Part shown: piece by piece, positions 38,003 through 48,899 of the stretch
Layout: each line of letters opens with the position of its first letter
Position numbering within the stretch: position 1 is the first letter of the stretch
From: Corythoichthys intestinalis
Taxonomy: Eukaryota
Assembly: GCF_030265065.1 (NCBI RefSeq)
Contig: NC_080408.1
Coordinates: 22,791,480 to 22,855,479 of the forward strand
DNA length: 64,000 bases
Reading direction: 5' to 3'
Program-made: the position numbers and the translations under genes
The notes under the pieces: generated by a model
What the model saw: the letters and a program-made list of their open reading frames with translations, nothing else
Told to the model about the DNA's origin: nothing
Database searches by the model: none

Positions 38003-38254
38003 TATTCACCTATCATGGTCGCATTGTAGCAGTGGATAGTTCATAACTCTTAGGATCATTTTCCACTTCGCATTATTGGCTTGATGCCACCATTTGTGTT
38101 AAAGTTCTGGTACATCAGGAAACTGAGAAAACCCATCCATAGTTTGGAAAAAGATGGGTTATCAAAAAATCTGAGACTGAAGAAAAGCAGTGCCAGTGTT
38201 CTCAGGCCAAACCTCAAATAAATCCACCCAATCTTTCCTGCCTGACCTCTACAG

Positions 38255-38441
38255 CGTCACCGAAAATGGCCCCGGGCAACCAGGAGATCCTGAAGAAGAT
38301 CCTCAAACAGGTTCCTAAGACTAAGCGTTTCCGCCGCCTAGACTGGGAGTCATCTAGCAGGAAGCGGTTGCGTGCGGCACTCTCAGTGCCATTTGTCTAT
38401 CGACTATACCGCACGAAGAAAGCACAAATCTTCAAAGCCAA
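38255..38441 (+). CDS. tep1: tep1 exon (ASPKMAPGNQEILKKILKQVPKTKRFRRLDWESSSRKRLRAALSVPFVYRLYRTKKAQIFKA)
   Basis: Acceptor cctgacctctacag, donor aa|gtaaga. The split codons are phase-consistent with both flanking exons. Confidence 0.75.
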
Positions 38442-38705
38442 GTAAGATAAGAAAAATTTTTATTGTAGTGAAGAAATTACAGACCTTTGATCCAAAGTTC
38501 GGAAATTCTATAAAAAAAAATTTCCCTAATTACACGGCAATCATTTAACTCACTGGCTGCCATTGATTGCGATAGACGTTTACTCTATTTTTTTTTTTTT
38601 AAACACAAAAAAATAGTCAGTTGCTCTGTAAAAAAATGTACATAATACATAATCTTGTGTAAATATTTTAATGAGTTTTAAACATTGTCTTGTAATGGCA
38701 CACAG

Positions 38706-38976
38706 TCGGAGAGAGTACACCAGAGATGTGCTGGACCGTTACCGTCAAGCCTTGGAAGGGGCGGTGCAGATCTCATGCCGCTACAATATCCCGCCCATGC
38801 CGGGACGCACGGTCATCTTGATCAACGTCCACATGAACAGAGTGCGGTTGGGGAAAAAGCTTGACTTTTGCCTTCCACCTGACTCAGAAAGCAGTGAGGA
38901 TGAGGAAGACGAAGAGGAGGATGAAAGCAAGAAGAAGAAAAAACAAAAGAAGGAGGAAGACAAGCTGTCTCCTCTG
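38706..38976 (+). CDS. tep1: tep1 exon (NRREYTRDVLDRYRQALEGAVQISCRYNIPPMPGRTVILINVHMNR...acidic/lysine-rich stretch...KLSPL)
   Basis: Acceptor ggcacacag, donor ctg|gtaaga. Matches recalled human GEMLNRYRQALETAVNLSVKHSLPLLPGRTVLVYL. Confidence 0.88.
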
Positions 38977-39099
38977 GTAAGAGTCAGCCCTGCATATTTT
39001 TAAAGTGCTGTACTTTAACTGCTCATCTTACTTTTTCTTCAACAAAGCAAATATGCCATATTATGTCCCCTTAAAGTCACATGTGCTTTTGCTCCTCAG

Positions 39100-39252
39100 A
39101 TGTTGGAGGTTACTGTTATGCTCTCACTGATGATCGCCAGTAGCTGTGAGGATGCCTCAGTCTACTTGCTAGAATATAATCAATACACAGAGGTGAAGCT
39201 GGAGTCTGACATGCTTTTGGAGAACGTAAGAAGTGTGCTGCAGCGAATCAAG
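39100..39252 (+). CDS. tep1: tep1 exon (MLEVTVMLSLMIASSCEDASVYLLEYNQYTEVKLESDMLLENVRSVLQRIK)
   Basis: Acceptor tgctcctcag, donor aag|gtatag, phase 0. Corresponds to the recalled human ALLLIGMMITRAEQVDVV... region. Confidence 0.8.
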
Positions 39253-39345
39253 GTATAGCGAAATAATGTTGTGAAATTGCCATGAGGGCTATTTAAAGAA
39301 TAATGTAGCAACAGACTGACTGAGCCGTTGACTTTCCTCTCACAG

Positions 39346-39417
39346 ACGTTGGGAAACGCAGAGGTCAACCGGCTCCCGTTCAGCAGTTTCTATCATAAGG
39401 TCCTCCAGAAAAACAAG
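39346..39417 (+). CDS. tep1: tep1 exon (TLGNAEVNRLPFSSFYHKVLQKNK)
   Basis: Acceptor cctctcacag, donor aag|gtttgt, phase 0. Confidence 0.7.
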
Positions 39418-39798
39418 GTTTGTTTACACTGATATTACTTTGTCCGAAAGTTGGTTTGTTTTTTGTAGGTGTGTATTTTTAATATTACTTGTGTCTTGAT
39501 AAATTCGAAATTTATCCTTGTAAAATGAAAAAAAAATCTTGAAAAAATACTTGTCATATAACAAAAAATGTCTCCATTCTTGTAATGTTCAGACCAGCGT
39601 TGTTTTTGGCATGCCTTTTAATCTTTAAGGTTTAGTCTTTTGGACGATCATACTTATTATTCTTGGTCATATTATAGTCATCTCAAAATGTGTTTGTCTT
39701 CATCTAGTTATAGCCGACGTATGCAACAAATGTTTTTGTTTGTAAAAAAAAAAAAAAAAAAAACATGGACAGACGAGCACATATTGTAGCTTCTATCT

Positions 39799-40032
39799 CA
39801 GCGGTCTCAAACCGACTCCACAAAGGGCCGCAGTGGGTCCTGGTTTTTGTTCCAACAGATCCAGCACAAACAGTTCAACCAATGAGGTTTCTACTAACAT
39901 AAGCAGCACCTGATTGCAATCAACTGATTACACTTGTAAGAAACCAGATTGGTGAAAAGGTATTTGTCTCGTTTGGTTGGAATGAAATCCAGTACCCCCT
40001 GCGGCCCTTTGAGGACCGGTTTGAGACCACTG
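39799..40032. mobile_element. 234-bp palindromic hAT-type MITE (termini cagcggtctcaaaccg...) with a perfect 8-bp TSD TTCTATCT. It is inserted into another interspersed repeat (copies at 39770-40400, 42290-42560 and 63520-63920).
   Basis: The TSD TTCTATCT is present at 39791-98 and 40033-40. Without this insert, the flanks are continuous with the other copies of the host repeat. Confidence 0.8.
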
Positions 40033-40569
40033 TTCTATCTGCAAGGACAACGCCAACTTGGTGAGAATACACACTCAGCAGGAAAACGTTACATTACTTT
40101 CAATTAATTATTCCCACCAAGATGATACGAACTGTAAGTAAAAGAAGAAAAAAAAGTTGTCCGGGAGTTTAAGAGGACGATGGTAACGCTATGAGTTCCA
40201 TTTAGCGTGTGGGGGTGCACAGCACGTCACGAGCAGTGTTGTTAGTCATACTTTTAAAAAGTAATTAGTTACAATTACAAATTACAGCTCCCAAAAAGTA
40301 ATTGAGTCAGTAACTCAGTTCCCTCAGCGTAAGAGTAATTAGTTACCGGCAAAGTAACAGACGTTAATTCATGATCCATTCTAAAACGTCTTTCACATCA
40401 AATTTATTTATATTAACCGATTGAATTGAACTGGTAATGGTATACAAACTTTAACTTTTGAAAAACCTTTTTGCTTGTCTTATTGTACTGAACCAGCACC
40501 AAACCGTGACCCCAATATCGAGGTATGTACTGAACTGTGACTTGTGTATACCGTCACACCCCTAATATA

Positions 40570-42131
40570 CAGTGGGGCAAATAACTATTTAGTCAACCAC
40601 TAATTGTGCAAGTTCTCCCTCTTGAAAATATGAGCGAGGCCTGTAATTTTCAACATGGGTAAACCTCAACCATGAGAGAATGTGGGGAAAAACCCCAGAA
40701 AATCACATTGTTTTTTTTTTTTTTAAAGAATTTATTTGCAAATCATGGTGGAAAATAAGTATTTGGTCAATACCAAAAGTTCACCTACATACTTTGTTAT
40801 GTACCCTTTGTTGGCAATAACGGAGGCCAAACGTTTTCTGTAACTCTTCACAAGCTTTTTACACACTGTTGCTGGTATTTTGGCCCATTCCTCCATGCAG
40901 ATCTCCTCTAGAGTAGGGATGTTTTGGGGCTGTCGTTGGGCAACACGGACTTTCAACTCCCTCCACAGATTTTCTTTGGGGTTGAGATCTGGAGACTGGC
41001 TTGGCCACACCAGGACCTTGAAATGCTTCTTACGAAGCCACTCCTTTGTTGCCCTGGCTGTGTGTTTGGGATCATTGTCATGCTGAAAGACCCAACCACG
41101 TCTCATCTTCAATGCCTTGCTGATTGAAGGAGATTTTCACTCAAAATCTCTCAATACGTGGCCCCATTCATTCTTTCCTTTACACAGATCAGTCGTCCTG
41201 GTCCCTTTGCAGAAAAACAGCCTCAAAGCATGATGTTTCCACCCCCATGCTTCACAGTGGGTAGGGTGTTCTTCGGATGCAATTCAGTATTTTCTCCTCC
41301 AAACACGAGAACCTGTGTTTCTCGCAAAAAGTTCTATTTGGGTTTCATCTGACCATAACATATTCTCCCAGTCCTCTTCTGGATCATCCAAATGCTCTCT
41401 AGCGAACCGCAGACGGGCCTGGACTTGTACTTTCTTCAGGAGGGGCACACGTCTGGCAGTGCAGGATTTGAGTCCCTGGCGGCGCATTGTTACTGATAGT
41501 AGCCTTTGTTACTGTGGTCCAGGCTCTCTGTAGGTCATTCACAAGCTCCCCCCGTGTGGTTCTGGGGATTTTTGCTCACCGTTATTATCATTTTGACGCC
41601 ACGGGGTGAGATCTTGCATGGAGCCCCAGATCGAGGGAGATTATCAGTGGTCTTGTATGTCTTCCATTTTCTAATAATTGCTCCCACAGTTGATTTCTTT
41701 CCACCAGGCGTTTTACCGATTGCAGATTCAGTCTTCCCAGCCTGGTGCAGGTCTACAATCTTTGGTCTTGGCCATAGTGGAGTTTGGAGTGTCTGACTGA
41801 GTTTGTGGACAGGTGTCTTTTATACCGATAATGAGTTAAAACAGGTACCATTAATGCAGGTAACGAGTGGAGCCTCGTTAGACCTCGTTAGAAGAAGTTA
41901 GACCTCTTTGACAGCCAGATATCTTGCTTGTGTGTAGGTGACCAAATACTTCCGCTCTAATTTGGAAATAAATTCTTTAAAAATCACACAATGTGATTTT
42001 CTGTTTTTTTCCCACATTCTGTCTCTCATGGTTGAGGTTTACCCATGTTGACAATTACAGGCCTCTGTAATCTTTTCAAGTAGGACCACTTGCACAATTG
42101 GTGGTTGACTAAATACTTATTTGCCCCACTG
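40570..42131 (-). mobile_element. Tc1-like DNA transposon of the same family as the 2353-3951 copy, inserted in tep1 intron 13; degraded transposase
   Basis: TA-flanked, with the same terminal repeats. ORF 40732..41112(-) reads [26 protein letters not shown]...[11 protein letters not shown]. Confidence 0.9.
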
Positions 42132-43243
42132 TATATAGATGTAATTTTCAATATGCGGCTATGGCTCTGAATCTCTCCTCTTCTAGCTTTGCTCTAGTTG
42201 TTTTTATTAAAAATTAAAAAATCTCACAAGGTTTATCGTTTCAGAAAAGTTTAGGGCAAGTGAATATTTTTGGTATTAAAAACAAATTATTCTATCGTAG
42301 CATCTACAAGGACAACACCCACTTGGTGATGGTAATCCACACTCAGCAGAAAAAGTCCATTAATTTTATTTAATTGTACCCACATGATAAAAAAGTGACC
42401 TTAGAGTTTAGAATAATGCTCGACCAGCTAAATGCTAATGCTAGCAAGAACGCGAATGCTATGCTAACGCTCTGAGTCGCCTCGTATCGCGTTTGCAACT
42501 AAGTCACAACCACCCTCCTCCCCCCTCCTGCTCTTCTCTCTCCGTTTCTCCCAAGTCATTCACCTAAATTGTAGTAATGCGAGCCTTCACATCCTTAGTA
42601 ACGGTAACAGCGTTGCAAAGACGGGAAAAGCAATTAATTTAAGGGCTGCAGCTATCGAATATTTTAGTAATCGAGTATTCGACTGAAAATTTTATCAAAT
42701 AATCGAGTAATTGGATAAAACTTAATACTTTTTTTTAGGTAAAGGGCAAATATAAATATACATGAGAAAACAAGACATTTCATCTAATAATGTCTTTATT
42801 TTTTATGTACATTGTTGAAAACGGCCAACAATTGCATCACACATGTGACTAGAAAAAAAGACTAATTCACTCCTTTAACTCAAAAAACTTCTAGATTAAA
42901 ACAAAACAAAAAAAAATCTTATTTCTTACCTAAAAATGTCATTACGCTTGATAATACATCACTTAAAAGTTGTGTAATCCTGATAGGATTTTGAGTTTTT
43001 GCAGTGTTCAAAATAAATGTAGGATACCTGCTGTATGTATTGGAGCACATTAGGGACCAGTGCTTTTATACGTTTTTATTTTACACCCTCATTACTCTAC
43101 AGCGCTGTGTTTTTACAGATTAAATAAAGCCTGTATGTAAGACACGTTAGCCACACATGAACGGTTGTAATAATTCATAGAAACCTAGTCCTCCACAGGA
43201 CTAGCGTTACGTGGGCAAGGGACAGTAACGTTAATCTTATTTA

Positions 43244-45683
43244 CAGTGGAGAGAACAAGTATTTGATACACTGCCGATTTTGCTGGTTTTCCCACTTGCA
43301 AAGCATGTAGAGGTCTGTAATTTGTATCATAAATTCTCTTCAACTGTGAGGGACGGAATCTAATACAAAAATCCAGAAAATCACATTATATAATTTTTAA
43401 ATAATAAATTTGTATTTAATTGCATGAAATAAGTATATGATACATCACAAAAGTCGAACTTAATATTTGGTACAAAAACCTTTGTTTGTTATTACAGATA
43501 CCAAACGTTTCCTTGACAAGGTTTGCACACACTGCAGCAGGGATTTTGGCCCACTCCTCCATGCAGATCTTCTCCAGAGCCTTCAGGTTTCGAGGCTACT
43601 GCCGGGCAACACGGACTTTCAGCTCCCTCCATAGATTTACTATCAGGTTCAGATCTGGTGACTGGCTAGGCCACTCCAGGACCTTAAGATGCTTCTTCCT
43701 GAGCCACTCTTTAGTTGGCTTGGCTGTGTGCTTTGGGTCGTTGTCATGCTGGAAGACCCAGCCACGGCCCATCTTCAGGGCTCTCACTGAAGGAAGGAGG
43801 TTGTCAGCCAAGATCTGGCGATACATAGCTCCATCCATCCTCCCCTCAATATGGTGCAGTCGTCCTGTACCCTTGGCAGAGAAGCAGCCCCAAAAAATGA
43901 TGTTTCACGGTTGGGATGGTGTTCTTGGGGTTGTACTCATCCTTCTTTTTCTTCCAAACACGACGAGCCGAGTTTAGACCAAAAAAATCAATTTTGGTCT
44001 CATCCAACCACATGACCTTCTCCCATTGCTCCTCTGAATCATCCAGATGGTCAGTGGCAAACTACAGACGTGTCTGGACATGCACTGGCTTCAGCAGCGG
44101 GACCTTGCGTGCGCTGTAGGATTTTAATCCATGACGGCATAATGTTTCCGATGGTTTTCTTCGAGACTGTGGTTCCAGCTCTCTTCAGGTCATTGGCCAG
44201 GTCCTGCCGTGTAGTTCTGGGCTGATCCCTCTCCTTCCTCATGATCAGTGATGCCCCACGAGGTGAGATCTTGCATGGAGCCCCAGAGCGAGGCAGATTG
44301 ACCGTCAACTTGAACTTCTTCCATTTTCTAATAATCGCTCCAACAGTTGTTACCTTCTCACCAAGCTGCTTACTTATTTTCCTGTAGCCCATCCCAGCCT
44401 TGTGCAGGTCTATTATTTTATCCCTGATGTTCTTACACAGCTCTTTGGTCTTGGCCATTGTGGAGAGGTTGGAGCTTGTGAACAGGTGTCTTTTATACAG
44501 GTAACTGTTAGGGCGTGCAACGAGAGGGGATCCAAATGCAGACAGCTGCAGTGGAATGCAGTGGAAGCTCGGAAGAAAGGCAGGCGTGGAATCCGACAGG
44601 GGCGCGCAAAGTCAGGACCTGGGGCGAGAAGATAAAAGTCGTGAGCCGGGGATCAGATAAATAATTAAGTACGCGAGATGCAACTGACGTAGTAAACAGA
44701 CTAGTTGATCGGGCGACGAGGTGGTGGCGTCCACTTGCCTGGCACGGCCAGACTGTTCTCCCTGTATTTTTCAAACACTGAGAGAAGTCTGGGAAACAGC
44801 CCATTAACGGCCTCTCGAGCAGGTACAAAATCTATCAACAAATCATTCGTTTATTTGCGTGACGTGCACTTAACGAGCAACGTCACTCTTGCGCGTCGGA
44901 AGTCGTCTCCACAACAACACAGATGGTGAACTGGAGAGCCGAGAATATGTTCCTATCCACGGTAAAATCAGTTTTAAATGACCAAAAACACATCGACACA
45001 AGGCATTGACAACAGTCTGTCTCGCGCTAGCCATGTTGAATAAACTCCGCTCTCCTCGTATGTTTACTTCCGCGCGCAAGTCCCTCGTCGTTTTACTAAT
45101 GGCACGTCTGCCCATTGCTGATTGGTCCACTCCGCTGTATGTTTGCTGTGACTTGCACCGCCCTGGAAATTGTATCCGCTGAATGGTGGCCAGACTCAAT
45201 AGCTGGAACAGCGGTGAGTCTAGTGTACCAGGCAAGGCGTCCACTGGCTTATGAAGATGGCTGATTGTCATTGCCAGCAGCTGTGGCCGCTCCGCCCGTC
45301 TGGCGTCCAACCTGCAAATCAATAAAAACACTCACACCTGCCCAAGGTGGGCCAGGGCTCCGGAGGGAGGGGCCGAGTCTCTATCAGTAACAAGTTCAAA
45401 CAGGTGCAGTTACTTCCGGTAATGAGTGGAGAACAGGAGGGGTTCTTAAAAAAGAACTAAGAGCCGAAATATTTACTAGTTGGTAATGTATAAAATACTT
45501 ATTTAATGCAGTTAAAAACACATTTATTATTTAAAAATTATGCAATGTGATTTTCTGGATTTTTGTATTAGATTCCGTCCTTCGCAGTTGAAGAGAACTT
45601 ATGATACAAATTACAGACCTCTAAATGGCTTGCAAGTGGGAAAACTAGCAAAATTGGCAGAGTATCAAATACTTGATCTCTGC
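43244..45683 (-). mobile_element. Second-family Tc1-like transposon (terminus cagtggagagaacaagtatttgatacactgcc), right end truncated. Transposase ORFs 43596..43838(-) and 44051..44458(-). It is interrupted by an approximately 0.88-kb insertion at 44505-45385.
   Basis: Left terminus at 43244-43500; its inverted counterpart is at 45540-45683. The interval 44505-45385 is unrelated and splits the otherwise continuous element immediately after gtaactg. Confidence 0.8.
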
Positions 45684-45744
45684 TTTAAGATAGCGGCTGT
45701 TTACAAACGCCGCCGAGTCTGTTATTTCGCATCTAGCTGTATGT

Positions 45745-45912
45745 GCAGTGGGGCAAATAAGTATTTAGTCAACCACTAATTGTGCAAGTTCTCCCACTTG
45801 AAAATATTAGAGAGGCCTGTAATTGTCAACATGGGTAAACCTCAACCAACAGAATGTGGGGTTTGGGGGGCCCCCGGGGGGGAACCCCAGAAAATCACAT
45901 TATTTATTTTTT
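45745..45912. mobile_element. Solo terminal IR/DR fragment of the first Tc1-like family, abutting tep1 exon 14 (46 bp upstream of its acceptor)
   Basis: About 160 bp identical to the terminus of the 2353/40570 copies, with no transposase body. Confidence 0.75.
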
Positions 45913-45957
45913 TGTACCGGTAACTTGTTTTATCCCCCCCAAAAATTGCGCTTTCAG

Positions 45958-46079
45958 GCGGACAACATCATCTCGCTAACTGAGTACTGGAATAGTCACG
46001 AGGTGACCTGGGCCATTAACAAGTACAGGAAGGAAACCAGCAACAAATGTCTCTACATTGAAATGACCATGTCAGACAA
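45958..46079 (+). CDS. tep1: tep1 exon (ADNIISLTEYWNSHEVTWAINKYRKETSNKCLYIEMTMSD)
   Basis: Acceptor gcgctttcag, donor aa|gtaagg. Matches recalled human INVAKQLYWQRVNSKCLFVGILL. A small exon may be missing in the Tc1-filled intron upstream. Confidence 0.8.
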
Positions 46080-46180
46080 GTAAGGCGTTTCGGGCTTAAT
46101 AATATTGGCAAAACAAAAATGGTTATAATCCCTTACATATCTCCTGAATTTAATGTATTTTTTTTTTGGCTTTTTGCAAG

Positions 46181-46249
46181 TGGCGGTGAGACCAAGCCCT
46201 CTGACCGGAACCACGTGTTTATACGGGGCTTCAGTGAACAAATGTTGAG
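46181..46249 (+). CDS. tep1: tep1 exon (NGGETKPSDRNHVFIRGFSEQML)
   Basis: Acceptor ctttttgcaag, donor ag|gtaaaa; phase-consistent with its neighbours. Confidence 0.7.
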
Positions 46250-46517
46250 GTAAAACATCAACTTCATTCCATCTTAAAAAGGGACTCAACATATTATACG
46301 TTGCCATAAGGGCTAGTTCAGGTTTTTTCAGAAGTCATAGTATTTTAATAAATTTTGCCAACGACAAATGTACAAATGAACAAATGTAAAGAAAACTTAA
46401 AAAAAAAAAAAAAAAATATGAAACACAAAATTACCTACTAGAGTATTATACAATTTTACAATTAATCAAGATATATCTAAATGTTTATACATGTTTTTCT
46501 TTACATTTTGAAATCAG

Positions 46518-46661
46518 GTTTGTGGTTGAAAGAGGCTCATCTAGGCTTTTGGACCACGTGGAGCATTTGGACAAACTGCACAATGTTCCACCACCAGTAG
46601 GAGCCAAAGATCCTGAGTCAACCAATAGCATGGTGTCCATTCCTGCCACTCCTAAATTAAG
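46518..46661 (+). CDS. tep1: tep1 exon (RFVVERGSSRLLDHVEHLDKLHNVPPPVGAKDPESTNSMVSIPATPKL)
   Basis: Acceptor ttgaaatcag, donor ag|gtaata. Matches recalled human FIAEHGASHLLEHVGQMDKIFKIPPPPGKTG. Confidence 0.88.
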
Positions 46662-46789
46662 GTAATAAAGATTTGGTTAATTAATGAATGAATATTCATT
46701 TGCTGCAACCCTCCCAGTTCAAATGGATTGGACGTCTAATGTAGTTAATGGCAACCACTGACTTAAAAAAAGATCTTGTCCATCCATAG

Positions 46790-47081
46790 GTGGCGTGGTG
46801 TGCGCGTCTTCATCTCGTCCACCTTCCGCGACATGCACGCCGAACGCGACGTCCTGGTGCGCAGCGTCTTCCCAGAGCTTCGCAGACGTGCTGCGCAACA
46901 CTGCATCCATGTGCAGGAGGTAGAGCTGCGCTGGGGTGTGACAGAGGAGGAGTCGGACCGGGCCGCTGCTCTCTGTTTGGCGGAGGTTGGTCGAAGCCAG
47001 ATGATGGTGGCGATCTTGGGACAGAGGTACGGCCTGGTGCCGGACACACCTGCTCAACTGGATCTACCACAGTATGAATGG
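46790..47081 (+). CDS. tep1: tep1 exon encoding the DUF4062-type segment ([98 protein letters not shown])
   Basis: Acceptor catccatag, donor tgg|gtaaaa. Near-identical to recalled human [26 protein letters not shown]...[11 protein letters not shown].... Confidence 0.93.
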
Positions 47082-47999
47082 GTAAAAAGAAATCCCGCAT
47101 TTTTCTTGTAATACTAATTTAAAAAAAAAAAAAAAAAAAACAAAGTGAAACAATATACGTATATTTACAGTGTTTTTTGTTACGTTAAGTTTCATAACGG
47201 TAGAATTTTTTTCCATTAAAAAATACAAACATGAATATTCCAAGAATTTTTGAATGAAAGATTTGACCTCATAATTACATTATGACCTATTTCATGGAAC
47301 ATAATTTTCCCCTTAAAAAAAAAAAAAAAAAATTCTTTTTATTAAGAACCAAGGGGGTAGGTTTGGTCTCAATTTTGGTAGGGACGAAATAATAGCATAA
47401 TCTGAATGTACGCTTTTGCTGGGGACGGGACATTAATAAGACTAAATAGACTGAGTGACACGGTCAGGGCTACATTTCTGTCCAATAAGAACCAAAATGA
47501 TTGATAGGCGACAGGAATACAGAATACAGAGCTTAAATAGTTAATGACACACAGATATGACAACAAAATCACATTCGATGAGTGAGCATCGGAACGCTGC
47601 AGATGATTGATGCAAAATAAATCTGTATTGACCTATAATAACTTTCACACTGCAAATTTACCGTATAACGTCCTAATCTGATAATTTTTCTTAAATCTAG
47701 TCGAATAATTATCATCTTGTTTTGAGTTTTAAAGGATAGTTACAGATTAACGCATCAGATTCTTCCACTTACTCTTAGTAAATGTTATCATTTGTTCATT
47801 ATAAGCCTGTACATCTAAAAGTCAGTCATTTTTCACACAAATCAAGAAAAAAATGCTTTCAAATAATGTTTTGAACATTATCTCTTTAATTTTTTTGAAC
47901 ATTTTTTTTCTTTAACCTGTTCTGTTCAGCTGCTTGACACGGAAAATGGAGATCTGAGTGTCCGATAGGTCTGAACAGTTTTTTGTTGTTGTTTTTTTT

Positions 48000-48700
48000 T
48001 TACAATTTTTTAAAAATTTATTTCTAATTTTCCACACAAAAACACAAATACAACATTCCCCACCACCGAATAACACCAAACATAAAGAAAAATATAACTA
48101 ATGAGCACCAAACGGGCCTGTGTTCTCCTCTATCATGATGAGCCAGAAATCCATATTATCCCCCTTTTTCCCCTGTAAGACAGGCACTTCCCCCAGTTTT
48201 TCCAAAACAAATATTCTTTTATCTTTAGCCTATATGTTAGCCGTTCCATGTCGAGTATTTCATCCACTATTAGCAGCCATTGTTCATATGTTGGAGATTC
48301 AGTTCTGAACCAGTTCTTTGTTATGGCCTTTTTTGCAGCGACAAGGAGAATTTTTACAATATACTGGTCCTCTTTATATATTACATCCTCTAAAAGTCCC
48401 AGATATAATACCTGACAGGATTTGGGAATTGCGTATCCCAACATAACACAGAGAGCTGAGTGAACCTTCTCCCAGAATAATTGAATATTAATGCATGTCC
48501 AAAATATATGTGTATGGTCTGGATTCAAGTCGTTGCATCGTCTCCAGCAAGATTGTTGGCTACTTGTTTGTTTACTTTTAATTTTGGGTGTGATGAAGTA
48601 TCGAATTAAGTTTTTCCAATTGAATTCCTTCCATTTAGGTGATTGTGATGTTGATAAGCTGTCACTTCCGCGTTGTGTGAATCTCATCAAAACGACGACT
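48000..48700 (-). mobile_element. L1-type LINE 3' fragment (ORF2 C-terminal Cys-rich domain), poly(A) at its low-coordinate end
   Basis: ORF 48133..48690(-) contains CWRRC...DHTHIFWTC...LFWEKV, typical of the L1 ORF2 C-terminus. A plus-strand T-run at 47985-48003 corresponds to a minus-strand poly(A). Confidence 0.6.
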
Positions 48701-48899
48701 GAAGACTGCCAAATTTTCTTTTTTGAATTACAAAGAACTTTGGTTGCTCATCTGGCTCATCTTCAGATTGAGTGTTCGGTGAGCGGTAAAAGGATTGTGG
48801 TGCTGTCAACTCTGATCGGCCCGTGCGGTCCCCCGAGCGAGAGTGGCGTGCAAACTATGCTAGCAGCAAGACGGCGGATACCATAGACGCTAAACTTAT

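Noticed and set aside
44870-45331. 153-aa minus-strand ORF inside the 0.88-kb insert within Tc1 copy C, considered as a novel gene
   Set aside because: No recognisable motif. It lies wholly within an inserted repeat-like segment. Kept only as an unknown in the findings.
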